Shown here one piece after another: positions 19,380 through 29,055 of a stretch of 64,000 nt of DNA (position 1 is the first letter of the stretch; the number at the start of each line of letters is the position of its first letter). Under the pieces are notes generated by a model that searched no databases, was not told the DNA's origin, and saw nothing but the letters and a program-made list of their open reading frames with translations. Origin of the DNA: Candidatus Buchananbacteria bacterium CG10_big_fil_rev_8_21_14_0_10_33_19 (lineage in GTDB: Bacteria > Patescibacteriota > Patescibacteriia > 2-01-FULL-39-33); assembly GCA_002773855.1 (NCBI GenBank), contig PEZY01000012.1, positions 68,255 to 132,254 on the forward strand, written 5' to 3'. Position numbers and translations under genes: made by a program.

Positions 19380-19751
19380 ATGGTTCAATCAGAATCAATG
19401 CTAAAATCAGCAGACAACACCGGTGCCAAGAAATTAAAGGTTATCACTGTTTTAGGTGGCTACAAAAAAAGATATGCTAGCCTAGGTGATGTAGTAACTG
19501 CAACTGTTAAAGAGGCAGCACCTCACAGTATGGTTAAAAAGAGTGATGTTGTGCATGCTGTTATAGTTAGAACTAAAAAAGAAGTTAGAAGACCTGATGG
19601 TTCTTATATTAGATTTGATGATAACGCGGTAGTGATTATTGATATGAAGAATAAAGATATGAAAGGGACTCGAGTATTTGGTCCAGTAGCTAGAGAATTA
19701 AGAAATTTAGGTTATCAGAAAATTATTAGTTTAGCACCAGAAGTATTATAA
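19380..19751 (+). CDS. rplN: 50S ribosomal protein L14
   Basis: [22 protein letters not shown]. Confidence 0.98.
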   Translation: MVQSESMLKSADNTGAKKLKVITVLGGYKKRYASLGDVVTATVKEAAPHSMVKKSDVVHAVIVRTKKEVRRPDGSYIRFDDNAVVIIDMKNKDMKGTRVFGPVARELRNLGYQKIISLAPEVL

Positions 19752-19763
19752 AACAATAAATTT

Positions 19764-20087
19764 ATGAAAATAAAAACAGGCGACAAAGTAAAAATGATGT
19801 CCGGTAAGGACAAGGGCAAAATCGGTAAAGTTTTGCAGGTTTTTATAAATGAAGATAGAGTTGTAGTGGAAGGTCTTAATTTGATGATTAAACACCAAAA
19901 AGCTAAAAAGCAAGGTGAAAAAGGTCAACGAATTCAGTTTCCATCACCTGTTAATGCTTCTAATGTAGCTTTAATTTGTCCTAAGTGTGGTAAAGATACT
20001 AGAATCGGATCAGAGAGAATTGTATCTGCCGATAAATCTAAGACTATTAAGAATAGAGTTTGTAAAAAGTGTAAAGAAGTTATATAA
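19764..20087 (+). CDS. rplX: 50S ribosomal protein L24
   Basis: KOW motif GDKV..SGKDKGKIGKV; SNVAL. Confidence 0.97.
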   Translation: MKIKTGDKVKMMSGKDKGKIGKVLQVFINEDRVVVEGLNLMIKHQKAKKQGEKGQRIQFPSPVNASNVALICPKCGKDTRIGSERIVSADKSKTIKNRVCKKCKEVI

Positions 20088-20094
20088 AATATTT

Positions 20095-20640
20095 ATGAAA
20101 TCAATATTATATCAAAAATATCAAACTGAATCAGTACCTGCTCTAAAGGAAAAGTTTGGTTATAAAAATATTAATGCCGTACCTAAAATTGAAAAGGTAA
20201 GTGTTAATATTGGTATAAACGCTAGAAATACTGAAAGTAACTATGTTGACAATGTTGAAAGTATTGTTACTAGAATTACCGGCCAAAAGCCAGTTAAAAC
20301 CAAAGCTAAGAAAGCGATTTCAGCTTTTAAAATTAGAGAAGGCATGGTGGTTGGTGTTAAGGCTACCTTAAGAGGCCAGATGATGTATGATTTTTTAGAT
20401 AAATTAGTGTTAGTAGCTGTGCCTAGAATCAGAGATTTTAGAGGTTTGGATATTAAGAATATTGATAATACAGGTAATTTAACCTTGGGTTTGAAAGAAT
20501 ATAATGTTTTTCCAGAAATCTTGCCTGATGAGGTTGAAAGAAATTACGGTTTGGAAATTTCTATAACCACTTCTGCTAAGAATTACGAAGAAGGTTTAGA
20601 ATTATTTAAAACATTGGGATTCCCATTTAAGAAACAATAG
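20095..20640 (+). CDS. rplE: 50S ribosomal protein L5
   Basis: ATG 20095; [21 protein letters not shown]. Confidence 0.97.
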   Translation: MKSILYQKYQTESVPALKEKFGYKNINAVPKIEKVSVNIGINARNTESNYVDNVESIVTRITGQKPVKTKAKKAISAFKIREGMVVGVKATLRGQMMYDFLDKLVLVAVPRIRDFRGLDIKNIDNTGNLTLGLKEYNVFPEILPDEVERNYGLEISITTSAKNYEEGLELFKTLGFPFKKQ

Positions 20641-20650
20641 ATTTACAGAT

Positions 20651-20836
20651 ATGGCAACTAAAGCACAAATCGCAAGATCAAATAAAACACCAAAAGAGTC
20701 AACTCGATCAGTTAATCGTTGTTGGCGTTGTGGTAGAAGACATGGTTATATGAGAAAATTCAACTTATGTAGAATTTGCTTTAGAGAATTGGCTACCAAT
20801 GGTCAGATTCCGGGGATTACTAAATCATCTTGGTAA
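20651..20836 (+). CDS. rpsZ: 30S ribosomal protein S14, zinc-binding type Z
   Basis: RCWRCGR...[16 protein letters not shown], 61 aa. Confidence 0.96.
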   Translation: MATKAQIARSNKTPKESTRSVNRCWRCGRRHGYMRKFNLCRICFRELATNGQIPGITKSSW

Positions 20837-20873
20837 TTAATTATAAGATAAAAATAATTTTTAATATTGAAAT

Positions 20874-21275
20874 ATGACAGATCCAATTGCTGACATGCTA
20901 ACTAGAATCAGAAATGCCTCTGCTGTGAAAAAAAAGCAGGTATATATTCCATTTTCCAAAATAAAATTGGAAATTCTTAAGATTTTAAAATCTGAAGGAT
21001 TTATTTCTGGTTTCGAAGAAATTAAGCCAGGATCAGCCGATTTAAAATTTGGTGGAATTAATGTTGATTTAAAGTATATTGACGGTAAGTCTGCTATTGA
21101 AAATATTCAAAAAGTTTCTAAACCAGGCAGAAGAATTTATGCTACTAGTGAAAATTTACCAAATGTTTTAAATAATATTGGTATCGCTATTGTATCAACA
21201 TCTGCTGGCGTGATGACCAACAAAAAAGCTAGAAAGCTAAAGTTGGGTGGAGAAATAATTTGCGAAATTTACTAA
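20874..21275 (+). CDS. rpsH: 30S ribosomal protein S8
   Basis: MTDPIADMLTRIRNA, SKPGRRIY, GGEIIC. Confidence 0.98.
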   Translation: MTDPIADMLTRIRNASAVKKKQVYIPFSKIKLEILKILKSEGFISGFEEIKPGSADLKFGGINVDLKYIDGKSAIENIQKVSKPGRRIYATSENLPNVLNNIGIAIVSTSAGVMTNKKARKLKLGGEIICEIY

Positions 21276-21279
21276 TACT

Positions 21280-21822
21280 ATGAGCAGAATCGGAAAAAAA
21301 CAAATTGAAATCCCAAACGGCGTTGAAGTTAAAGTTGAAAACGGAGTTATTTCTGTTAAGGGTCCAAAAGGATTATTAAATCAAGAATTACATCCAGTAG
21401 TTTCTTTAGAAATTAACGGTAATGTTGCTAATGTAAAAGTTCAAGATGAAAATAATAAATCACAGAGATCACTTTGGGGATTATTTGCTAGCTTGGTTAT
21501 TAATATGATTACTGGCGTAACTGAAGGTTTTTCTAAGAAGTTAGAGATTAATGGTGTTGGTTTTAAAGCTAATGCTACCGGCAAGAAATTGATTTTGAAT
21601 GTTGGTTTTTCTCATCCAGTAGAATATGATGCTCCAGAAGGTATTGAAATAAAAACTGAAGGTAATGCAATTACTATCTCTGGTATTGATAAACAAGCTG
21701 TTGGTGAAGTAGCTGCCCAGATTAGAAAAATAAAAAAACCAGAACCTTATAAAGGTAAGGGTATTAAATATGCTGATGAGGTTATTAGAAAGAAAGCTGG
21801 AAAAGCGGCTGGTAAAGAATAA
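21280..21822 (+). CDS. rplF: 50S ribosomal protein L6
   Basis: MSRIGKK, PEPYKGKGIKY. Confidence 0.98.
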   Translation: MSRIGKKQIEIPNGVEVKVENGVISVKGPKGLLNQELHPVVSLEINGNVANVKVQDENNKSQRSLWGLFASLVINMITGVTEGFSKKLEINGVGFKANATGKKLILNVGFSHPVEYDAPEGIEIKTEGNAITISGIDKQAVGEVAAQIRKIKKPEPYKGKGIKYADEVIRKKAGKAAGKE

Positions 21823-21846
21823 ATTAATTGAAGTTTAAGTATAAAT

Positions 21847-22203
21847 ATGAAAAAGTCACAGAAAATAAAAAATGAGGCTAGAGCAAGAAGACAAAGAAGA
21901 GTCCGGGCTAAAGTGTCTGGTACTGCTACTTGTCCAAGGCTTTCAATTTATCGAAGTTTAAACCATGTTTACGCTCAGCTTATTGATGATCAAAACGGCA
22001 AAACTATTGTTAGTGCTAGAGATTCAGAAGTTAAAGATGTCAAAACTAAGATGGAAAAGGCTACTGCTGTAGGTAAATTAATTGCTGAAAAGGCAGCTAC
22101 TAAGAAAATTGAAAAAGCTGTTTTTGATAGAGGCATGTTTAAGTATCATGGCCGCGTAAAGGCTGTGGCTGACGGTGCTAGAGAAGCCGGATTAACAATA
22201 TAA
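21847..22203 (+). CDS. rplR: 50S ribosomal protein L18
   Basis: [26 protein letters not shown]. Confidence 0.97.
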   Translation: MKKSQKIKNEARARRQRRVRAKVSGTATCPRLSIYRSLNHVYAQLIDDQNGKTIVSARDSEVKDVKTKMEKATAVGKLIAEKAATKKIEKAVFDRGMFKYHGRVKAVADGAREAGLTI

Positions 22204-22207
22204 ATAA

Positions 22208-22290
22208 TTTAAGTAAGTAGGGAGTAGTAAGTAGTAAGTGTGGATTATAAAAATAATTCTACAATCTACCACCTACTGCCTACCACCTAA
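22208..22290 (+). repeat. Heptamer-periodic intercistronic hairpin (member e)
   Basis: AGTAGGG AGTAGTA AGTAGTA ... CTACAAT CTACCAC CTACTGC CTACCAC CTAA. Confidence 0.7.
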
Positions 22291-22297
22291 TAATAAT

Positions 22298-22888
22298 ATG
22301 GCAGAAAAAGATACCAACAAAAAAAGAATAAGACCAAAGAAAGAGCAACCTGAATTTGATCAGCAGATTGTTGATTTAGCTCGTGTTACTAGAGTTATGG
22401 CCGGCGGAAAAAGAATGCGTTTTAGAGCTTGTGTTGTAATTGGTGATAAAAAGGGCAGAGTTGGTGTTGGTCTAGCCAAAGGTAAAGATGTGTCACTAGC
22501 TGTATCAAAAGCTGTTGCTAAAGCTGAAAAGAATTTAGTTAAAGTTAATATTGTTGACGGCACTATTCCCCACGAAATTTACATTAAATTGGGTGCGGCC
22601 AAGATATTACTTAAGCCAGCGCCAGAAGGTACTGGTATTATTTCTGGTGGTGCAGTTCGAATTGTTTTAGAATTGGCTGGCATCAAGAACGTAGTTTCTA
22701 AGATTATGGGTACTAATAACAAGGTTAATAATGTTGATGCTACTATTAAAGCTTTGACTATGCTAAGAAAAGTTGATAGAAAGGCTAAAAAAGATAATGC
22801 TAAGGAAGTTATCAAACCAGAAGTTGTAAAAGCTGAAGAAACTAAAGCAGATAAAAAAGATATTAGTCAAAAAGAAAATAAAAAATAA
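22298..22888 (+). CDS. rpsE: 30S ribosomal protein S5
   Basis: ATG 22298; RVTRVMAGGKRMRF, LKPAPEGTGII. Confidence 0.97.
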   Translation: MAEKDTNKKRIRPKKEQPEFDQQIVDLARVTRVMAGGKRMRFRACVVIGDKKGRVGVGLAKGKDVSLAVSKAVAKAEKNLVKVNIVDGTIPHEIYIKLGAAKILLKPAPEGTGIISGGAVRIVLELAGIKNVVSKIMGTNNKVNNVDATIKALTMLRKVDRKAKKDNAKEVIKPEVVKAEETKADKKDISQKENKK

Positions 22889-22952
22889 TTAGTTAGATAG
22901 TAGTGAGTAGGAATTTAAAAAAAATTCTACAACCTACAACCTACAACCTAAT
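22889..22952 (+). repeat. Heptamer-periodic intercistronic hairpin (member f), at the usual rpmD position
   Basis: GTAGGAATTT/AAATTCTAC stem plus (CTACAAC)x3 CTAA. Confidence 0.7.
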
Positions 22953-22958
22953 AATAAT

Positions 22959-23402
22959 ATGAATTTAACTTTATCAAATTTAAAACCAGCTAAAGGTTCT
23001 ACTAAAAGAAGAAAGAGAGTTGGTCGTGGTGGTAAACGTGGTACCTACTCAGGTAAGGGTTTGAAAGGCCAAAAAGCTCGAAGCGGTGTTTCTGGTTTAA
23101 AAGCCTTGGGTTTCAAGCAAACTTTACAGAGAACTCCAAAATTGCGTGGCTTTAAAAGCTTGAAAGCTAAAATGGCCATTGTTAATTTATCTGATTTAGA
23201 TAAGCTATTTAAAGATGGCGATAAAATTGCCCCAAAAGATCTAATTAAAGCCGGTTTAATTGAATCAGCTAAGAGTGGTGTAAAAGTTTTAGGCTTTGGT
23301 CAATTATCTAAAAAACTAGAGGTGACTGTTAATGCTTTCTCAAACTCAGCCAAAGAAGCCATCGAAAAAGCTGGTGGTAAAGCAGAAATTATTGTAAAAT
23401 AG
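22959..23402 (+). CDS. rplO: 50S ribosomal protein L15
   Basis: KRVGRG, GLKGQKARSG, VKVLGFG, IEKAGG. Confidence 0.97.
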   Translation: MNLTLSNLKPAKGSTKRRKRVGRGGKRGTYSGKGLKGQKARSGVSGLKALGFKQTLQRTPKLRGFKSLKAKMAIVNLSDLDKLFKDGDKIAPKDLIKAGLIESAKSGVKVLGFGQLSKKLEVTVNAFSNSAKEAIEKAGGKAEIIVK

Positions 23403-23480
23403 ATTTTGCTCTCAGATTTAAAAAATAAATTTGATTTAAGTTTTAAATCTGCCTTATCTATAAACTAAACTATCTAAAAT

Positions 23481-24755
23481 ATGTGGAAAAAAATCATCCA
23501 AATTTGGAAGATTCGTGACCTGAGAAACAGCATTCTGTTTGTTATGGGAATGTTAATTATTTTTAGAATAGCTGCTCATATTCCTATTCCTGGAGTTGAT
23601 AGTGTGGCTCTTAAAAGTCTTTTTGATAGCAATCAATTGCTTGGATTAATGAATGTATTTTCCGGTGGTAGTATGGAAAATTTTTCTATAGTATTATTGG
23701 GCATTGCTCCATATATTACTGCCTCTATTATTTTTCAGTTACTGACTATGGTAGTGCCTAAGTTAGAAGAACTTTCTAAAGAGGGTGAATATGGTCGACA
23801 AAAAATTAATCAGTGGACTAGATGGCTAACAGTGCCACTAGCTTTTTTTCAATCATTTGCGACCATTAGTTTACTGCGACAATCAGCGGTTAACGTTTTG
23901 CCAAATTATAGTTCTTGGGAAGTATTTACCGCTATGATAACAATTACTGCTGGTACTGTGTTTTTGATGTGGATTGGTGAACTTATATCTGAAAAGCATA
24001 TTGGTAATGGTATTTCACTATTGATTTTTGCTGGTATCGTATCTGGTTTACCAGGTAGCGTTGGCAGTACTTTGTACACTTATGATCAGGCTCAAATTAT
24101 TAATATGGTTATTTTTGCTTTGATTTCTCTAGTGACTATTGTTGGGGTGGTTATTATTACTGAAGGTCAAAGAAATATTCCAGTTTCTTATGCTCGAAAA
24201 GTAAGAGGTAATAAAGTATATGGTGGAGTGGATACTCATTTGCCACTTCGAGTAAATCAAGCTGGGGTGATTCCAATTATTTTTGCAATTGCGATAATTA
24301 TGTTCCCGCCACTGATCGCTCAATTATTTATTCGAGTGAAAACAGTTTGGATTGCCAATGCCGCTGAATGGGTAATTCAAATTTTCCAAAATCAATTGTT
24401 CTACGGCATCTCTTATTTTGTGATGGTTGTAGCCTTTACTTATTTTTATACCGCGGTTATTTTCCACCCAGATCAAATTGCCGAAAATTTACAAAAACAA
24501 GGTGGCTTTGTACCGGGTATTAGACCAGGTAAAAATACGGCGGCTTATTTACAAAAAATCGTGACGCGTATTGTGTTTACTGGCGCTTTATTTTTAGGTA
24601 TTATTGCAGTTTTACCATTGATTACAGCGCAGATTACTAATACTCAATCATTAGTCGTGGGTGGTACTAGTCTACTGATTGTAGTATCTGTAGTGATTGA
24701 AATGTTTGGTCAAATTAATTCTCAGTTATCAATGAGAGATTACGAAGAAATATAA
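23481..24755 (+). CDS. secY: Preprotein translocase subunit SecY
   Basis: LGIAPYITASII, IGNGISLLIF, GVIPIIFA, PGIRPG, GGTSLLIVV. Confidence 0.99.
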   Translation: MWKKIIQIWKIRDLRNSILFVMGMLIIFRIAAHIPIPGVDSVALKSLFDSNQLLGLMNVFSGGSMENFSIVLLGIAPYITASIIFQLLTMVVPKLEELSKEGEYGRQKINQWTRWLTVPLAFFQSFATISLLRQSAVNVLPNYSSWEVFTAMITITAGTVFLMWIGELISEKHIGNGISLLIFAGIVSGLPGSVGSTLYTYDQAQIINMVIFALISLVTIVGVVIITEGQRNIPVSYARKVRGNKVYGGVDTHLPLRVNQAGVIPIIFAIAIIMFPPLIAQLFIRVKTVWIANAAEWVIQIFQNQLFYGISYFVMVVAFTYFYTAVIFHPDQIAENLQKQGGFVPGIRPGKNTAAYLQKIVTRIVFTGALFLGIIAVLPLITAQITNTQSLVVGGTSLLIVVSVVIEMFGQINSQLSMRDYEEI

Positions 24756-24784
24756 AATTAAGATAAGAGCATTATAACTATTTT

Positions 24785-24809
24785 AAAAACACGGTTCTTC
24801 CGTGTTTTT
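24785..24809 (+). terminator. Intrinsic terminator after secY
   Basis: AAAAACACGG-TTCTT-CCGTGTTTTT. Confidence 0.7.
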
Positions 24810-24858
24810 AATTTTTGTGGTATAATAAAGTTATCAATTACTAATCATAAAATAATTT

Positions 24859-25863
24859 ATGAAGAAAAAATTATTTATTTACTCTCTAGTATCTTTTGGA
24901 GCAATTATTGCTTCTTTAGCGCTAATTTCTCAATCTGCTTTAGCTGTTTATACTCCAGCCGAAGGAGATTTAGTTAAACTATCAAATGATTCCGCTATCT
25001 ATTATGTAAACGGTAGTGGTCAAAGAAGGCTTTTTGTTAATGCTCCAACATTTTGGTCTTGGCATAGCGGTACATGGAGTGATCAAAACATTAAAACAAT
25101 CACTCAACCTGATTTTGACGGGTTATCTGCAGGGGAAAACATGGCGATTAGGCCCGGAACAAATTTAATCAAATTCCAAAACAGCGATATTATGTACGCT
25201 GTTACTCCAGGTAATAAATTATGTAAGGCCACGGCTAATTATGGTGATAATTGGCGTGATAGATTAGTTACCATACAAAATAGTTTTGAAAGTAACTATC
25301 TCAATGATGATACTTGTAGAGTAGATGTTGATACTAAATTACCAAATGCTACTATTCTTCAATATAACGGTTCTAACCAAAAGTATTATATTGAAGATGG
25401 CGTTAAAAGACTTTTAACTGATAATGGCTTTAATCTTAATAAATTTCAAGATAAATTTGTGGTTAAAAATGTCCCTCAGTCGATGACCTTCAACAGTGAT
25501 GTCTCACGACCATTAGATGATAAAGAATTTTGGATTAATGATAATATTTTAGATTTAGAAGTAGGCGATTTTTTTTACCAATCATCTGATTCATTTAATA
25601 CCCAAGCTAATTTTATTGTGGAAATAACTCAGGAAAATGATCTAAGTCAAAACATTGGGATTGATTTATACATTGATGGTAGTTTAGTAAAGAGTATTGA
25701 TAGATTAGCTCATAAAGCAGAGCAATATTCGATTATCTGGGATAACCCAACTATTGGTGAACATGTTTGTAAGGTTGTAATCGATAGTAAAGATCAAGTA
25801 GATGAATCTAACGAAAATAATAATACTAAACAGTCTAATTGCATTGTTACCAAAGGGCAATAA
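24859..25863 (+). CDS. Secreted protein, paralog 1; shared N-terminal module plus CARDB/Ig-like C-terminus
   Basis: Signal peptide; GDLVKL..AIYY..GQRRLF; C-terminal GEH..KVVIDSKDQVDESNENNN (CARDB-like). Confidence 0.8.
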   Translation: MKKKLFIYSLVSFGAIIASLALISQSALAVYTPAEGDLVKLSNDSAIYYVNGSGQRRLFVNAPTFWSWHSGTWSDQNIKTITQPDFDGLSAGENMAIRPGTNLIKFQNSDIMYAVTPGNKLCKATANYGDNWRDRLVTIQNSFESNYLNDDTCRVDVDTKLPNATILQYNGSNQKYYIEDGVKRLLTDNGFNLNKFQDKFVVKNVPQSMTFNSDVSRPLDDKEFWINDNILDLEVGDFFYQSSDSFNTQANFIVEITQENDLSQNIGIDLYIDGSLVKSIDRLAHKAEQYSIIWDNPTIGEHVCKVVIDSKDQVDESNENNNTKQSNCIVTKGQ

Positions 25864-25885
25864 TAAAGATATAAGACTATAATTT

Positions 25886-27136
25886 ATGAAAAAAATATTG
25901 GTCATTGTTATATTATCAATCATTACTTCTTTAGTGCTAATTTCTCAATCTGCTTTAGCTGTTTATGCACCAACTGAAGGTGATTTAGTTAAATTGTCAT
26001 ATGATTCAGCTATTTATTATGTAAATAGTGCTGGCGAAAGACGCTTGTTTGTGAATGCCCCAACTTTTTGGTCTTGGTATAGTGGTTCTTGGAGTGACCA
26101 AAACATTAAAACCATTACCCAGTCCGAATTTGATGGATTGACTGTTGGTAAAAATATGGCAGTGCGACCAGGTACTAATTTGATTAAATTCCAAAATAGT
26201 AATAATTTATACGTCGTAATACCTGGTAATAAATTATGTAAAGCCACTACTGGTTATGGGGATAATTGGCGTGATAGACTAGTGACTATTCAAAATAGTT
26301 TTGAAAATAATTATACTGTTGATATTAATTGTCATGTTGACGCTGGTGATAAGCTACCAGATGGTACGGTTTTTAGAATTAGTAGTCCCGGACAGTTATT
26401 TTATGTGGAAAATGGTAAGGCTAGAATAATTCAAGACACAATTGGTGATGATGCTTTTATTAAAAATCGTTTTCAACATAAGTTTGTAGTCAAAAATGTG
26501 CCACAGTCAATGTTTGAGATAGATATTCAAAATACGGTAGCAAATAAAGAATTTTGGATTGATGATATTGACAATAATTCAGATATTTTTTCTGAAGCCT
26601 ATGGTAGTTTTAGTCTTTATTTACAGTGTTTAAAAAATTATGATAAAACTTGTTTGAGAGATTTGGCAGCTAAAGCGTCACTAGACGAATTTAATACTGA
26701 GTTAGATTCAGTAAATTTTCAACAATTAGCTGATTTTGAATATAGTGTTTTAAATGTTTATGAAAAATCAATGTTCGTTAATAATTGGTTTGATAATCAT
26801 CAATTAATAATGAATGCCGATGTTCAGAAAGACATTGCAGATGATCAGGTTACGTATAAAATGAGAAGTTTAAAATTCATAAAAGAAGATAATAAATGGA
26901 AATTAATTGGAGCTAGTGATATCATTATTGGCTGGTTTACTGATATAGAAGCTCAAGATAGAATTCGTGATACTGATAAAGACGGTTTGACTGATTTTAA
27001 TGAAAGATGTGAATCAGGATTTTCAAATTGTATAAAAACAGATCCACTGGATAGAGATAGTGATGATGATGGTTGGTGGGACGGTATTGAAAAATCTGTT
27101 CAAACTGATCCTAATAATGCTAATAGTAAACCGTAA
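25886..27136 (+). CDS. Secreted protein, paralog 2; shared N-terminal module plus Ca-binding DxDxDG (TSP3-like) C-terminus
   Basis: First ~225 aa closely match 24859..25863; DTDKDGLTDFNE..TDPLDRDSDDDGWWDGIE. Confidence 0.8.
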   Translation: MKKILVIVILSIITSLVLISQSALAVYAPTEGDLVKLSYDSAIYYVNSAGERRLFVNAPTFWSWYSGSWSDQNIKTITQSEFDGLTVGKNMAVRPGTNLIKFQNSNNLYVVIPGNKLCKATTGYGDNWRDRLVTIQNSFENNYTVDINCHVDAGDKLPDGTVFRISSPGQLFYVENGKARIIQDTIGDDAFIKNRFQHKFVVKNVPQSMFEIDIQNTVANKEFWIDDIDNNSDIFSEAYGSFSLYLQCLKNYDKTCLRDLAAKASLDEFNTELDSVNFQQLADFEYSVLNVYEKSMFVNNWFDNHQLIMNADVQKDIADDQVTYKMRSLKFIKEDNKWKLIGASDIIIGWFTDIEAQDRIRDTDKDGLTDFNERCESGFSNCIKTDPLDRDSDDDGWWDGIEKSVQTDPNNANSKP

Positions 27137-27148
27137 CAATCTATTCAT

Positions 27149-27175
27149 AAAGCTCCAAAATTTGGGGCTTTTTTT
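27149..27175 (+). terminator. Intrinsic terminator
   Basis: AAAGCTCCAAA-A-TTTGGGGCTTTTTTT. Confidence 0.65.
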
Positions 27176-27216
27176 ATTCTGCAAAATAGGTTAAAATTAA
27201 GCTAAAGCTAGTTATT

Positions 27217-27882
27217 ATGATGAAAAAAAATAGCAAACCATTTGAAATTATTCTGTTTGGCCCACCAGTTTCTGGTAAGGGTACTCAGGCCAAGCTGTTG
27301 GCCACAGTTTTAAATATCCCGCATATTTCGGCTGGTCATTTGTTGCGTTTAGCTGAAGAGGATAAATCAAATCCTTATCACAAACAAATTTCTGACTTAA
27401 TTGATAATGGTCAATTAGTGCCTAGTGAGATTGTTAATCAAATGGTGAAAAAGCGTCTAGCTAAGACCGATTGTGTCAAAGGTTATGTTCTAGATGGCTA
27501 TCCTCGAACATTTGATCAAGTGGCGGTTTTGGAACAGATTGCTGGCATAGATTATGTGTTTTTAATTGATGTTAGTGATAAAATAGTGAAAGCTAGAATT
27601 ACTGGTCGGCGTATTTGTCAGAATAATCATCAGTGGAATTTACAAAGCTCACCACCACGGGTTAGAGGTATTTGTGATATCTGTGGTGGAAAAATTAGCA
27701 TTAGAAAAGATGATAGTTTGGACAAAATAAAAAAGCGATTAAAAATTTATCATGAACATGTTAATCCAATTATCAAATATTATAAAAAGCAAAAAAAGCT
27801 TATTACCATAAATGGTGATCAACATATTGAGGATGTGTTTCAAGATATCGTTAAATATATAATTGGCGAAATTAGAAAATAA
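27217..27882 (+). CDS. adk: Adenylate kinase
   Basis: GPPVSGKGTQA, LDGYPRT, LID with Cys, RKDD. Confidence 0.95.
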   Translation: MMKKNSKPFEIILFGPPVSGKGTQAKLLATVLNIPHISAGHLLRLAEEDKSNPYHKQISDLIDNGQLVPSEIVNQMVKKRLAKTDCVKGYVLDGYPRTFDQVAVLEQIAGIDYVFLIDVSDKIVKARITGRRICQNNHQWNLQSSPPRVRGICDICGGKISIRKDDSLDKIKKRLKIYHEHVNPIIKYYKKQKKLITINGDQHIEDVFQDIVKYIIGEIRK

Positions 27883-27890
27883 TAATTATT

Positions 27891-28658
27891 ATGATTAGAT
27901 TAAAAACTAAAGAAGATATCGAAAAATTAAAACGTGGCGGTAAGATTTTATCAGCAGTTTTAGATGAAGTTGAAAAGGTGATTAAACCTGGTATTACCAC
28001 TCAATCACTAACAGATTTAGCTGAAAAAATTATTATAGAGGCTGGTGGCCGACCAAGTTTTAAGGGTTACAAAGCGGCTTGGGCCGATGGTGTTTATCCG
28101 GCAGCTTTGTGTGTGTCCATAAATGAAGAAGTGGTTCATGGCATACCAGCGCCTAATCGAGTGATTAAAGAAGGTGATATTGTGGGTATTGATTGTGGTT
28201 TAGAATATGAAGGCAGATATACTGATATGGCTCGAACTATTATAGTGGGCAAAGTGAAACCCGGTCTAAAAAAATTAGTTTCAGTGACCCAAGAGTCTTT
28301 AATGAAGGGCATAAAACAAGTTAAGCCAGGTAACAAGATTTCCGATATTTCACGGGCGATTGAAGAGCATGTTAAAAAACATGAGTTTTCAGTAGTCAGA
28401 CAATTGGTAGGTCATGGTGTGGGTTTTAGTGCTCATGAAGATCCACAAATTCCTAATTTTGTTGATAGAAGTTTACCAGATGTAGTTTTAAAAGCTGGTA
28501 TGGTTATAGCGATTGAACCAATGGTTAATGTCGGTGGCGCTGAAGTGGATAGTCTAGAAGATGGTTGGACAATTGTCACCCATGATAGTAGTATTTCAGC
28601 TCATTTTGAGCATACCGTAGCGGTAACCGAAGATGGTTATGAGATAATTACCAAATAA
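27891..28658 (+). CDS. map: Methionine aminopeptidase type I
   Basis: CVSINEEVVHGIP, GHGVG..HEDP, AIEPM, AHFEHT. Confidence 0.97.
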   Translation: MIRLKTKEDIEKLKRGGKILSAVLDEVEKVIKPGITTQSLTDLAEKIIIEAGGRPSFKGYKAAWADGVYPAALCVSINEEVVHGIPAPNRVIKEGDIVGIDCGLEYEGRYTDMARTIIVGKVKPGLKKLVSVTQESLMKGIKQVKPGNKISDISRAIEEHVKKHEFSVVRQLVGHGVGFSAHEDPQIPNFVDRSLPDVVLKAGMVIAIEPMVNVGGAEVDSLEDGWTIVTHDSSISAHFEHTVAVTEDGYEIITK

Positions 28659-28662
28659 ATTT

Positions 28663-29055
28663 ATGAAATTATTAGGCTTGGATTATGGTGAATCTAAAAT
28701 TGGCTTAGCTATTGGTGACATTGAAAGTGGTGTCGCTACTCCTTTTGGGGTGATTAAAAATTTAGGCACTAATAATGCTATAGATGAAATAAAAAAACTT
28801 TGTGATCACGAGCGAATAGAAAAAATTGTTATTGGTGTGCCAGTTAATCCTAATACTTTGGACTCCGAACCAATCAGAAGAGTAGAAGGTTTTATAGCGA
28901 AGTTAAAAGATAAAACTGGCTTAGAAATTATCGGTCGGGATGAAAGATTTTCGACTCAGGAGGCTCAAAAATTAATTAGCAAGAATAAGTCTAAAGATGA
29001 TGATATATCAGCTATGCTTATTTTACAAAATTATTTTGATTCTGCTAGTAAATAA
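28663..29055 (+). CDS. ruvX: YqgF/RuvX pre-16S rRNA nuclease
   Basis: LGLDYGESKIGLA, VIGVP, DERFST, SAMLILQNY. Confidence 0.93.
   Translation: MKLLGLDYGESKIGLAIGDIESGVATPFGVIKNLGTNNAIDEIKKLCDHERIEKIVIGVPVNPNTLDSEPIRRVEGFIAKLKDKTGLEIIGRDERFSTQEAQKLISKNKSKDDDISAMLILQNYFDSASK

Noticed and set aside
7092-22297. Upstream-extended starts for rpsL (7092), rplE (19987) and rpsE (22238); likewise tpiA, bcp, trmH and queH
   Set aside because: The extensions run through leaders, repeats or upstream genes; conserved N-termini begin at the downstream ATGs used here.
8220-24323. Numerous antisense or out-of-frame ORFs inside fusA, tuf, r-protein genes and secY
   Set aside because: Expected shadows of strongly codon-biased genes; no independent signals.
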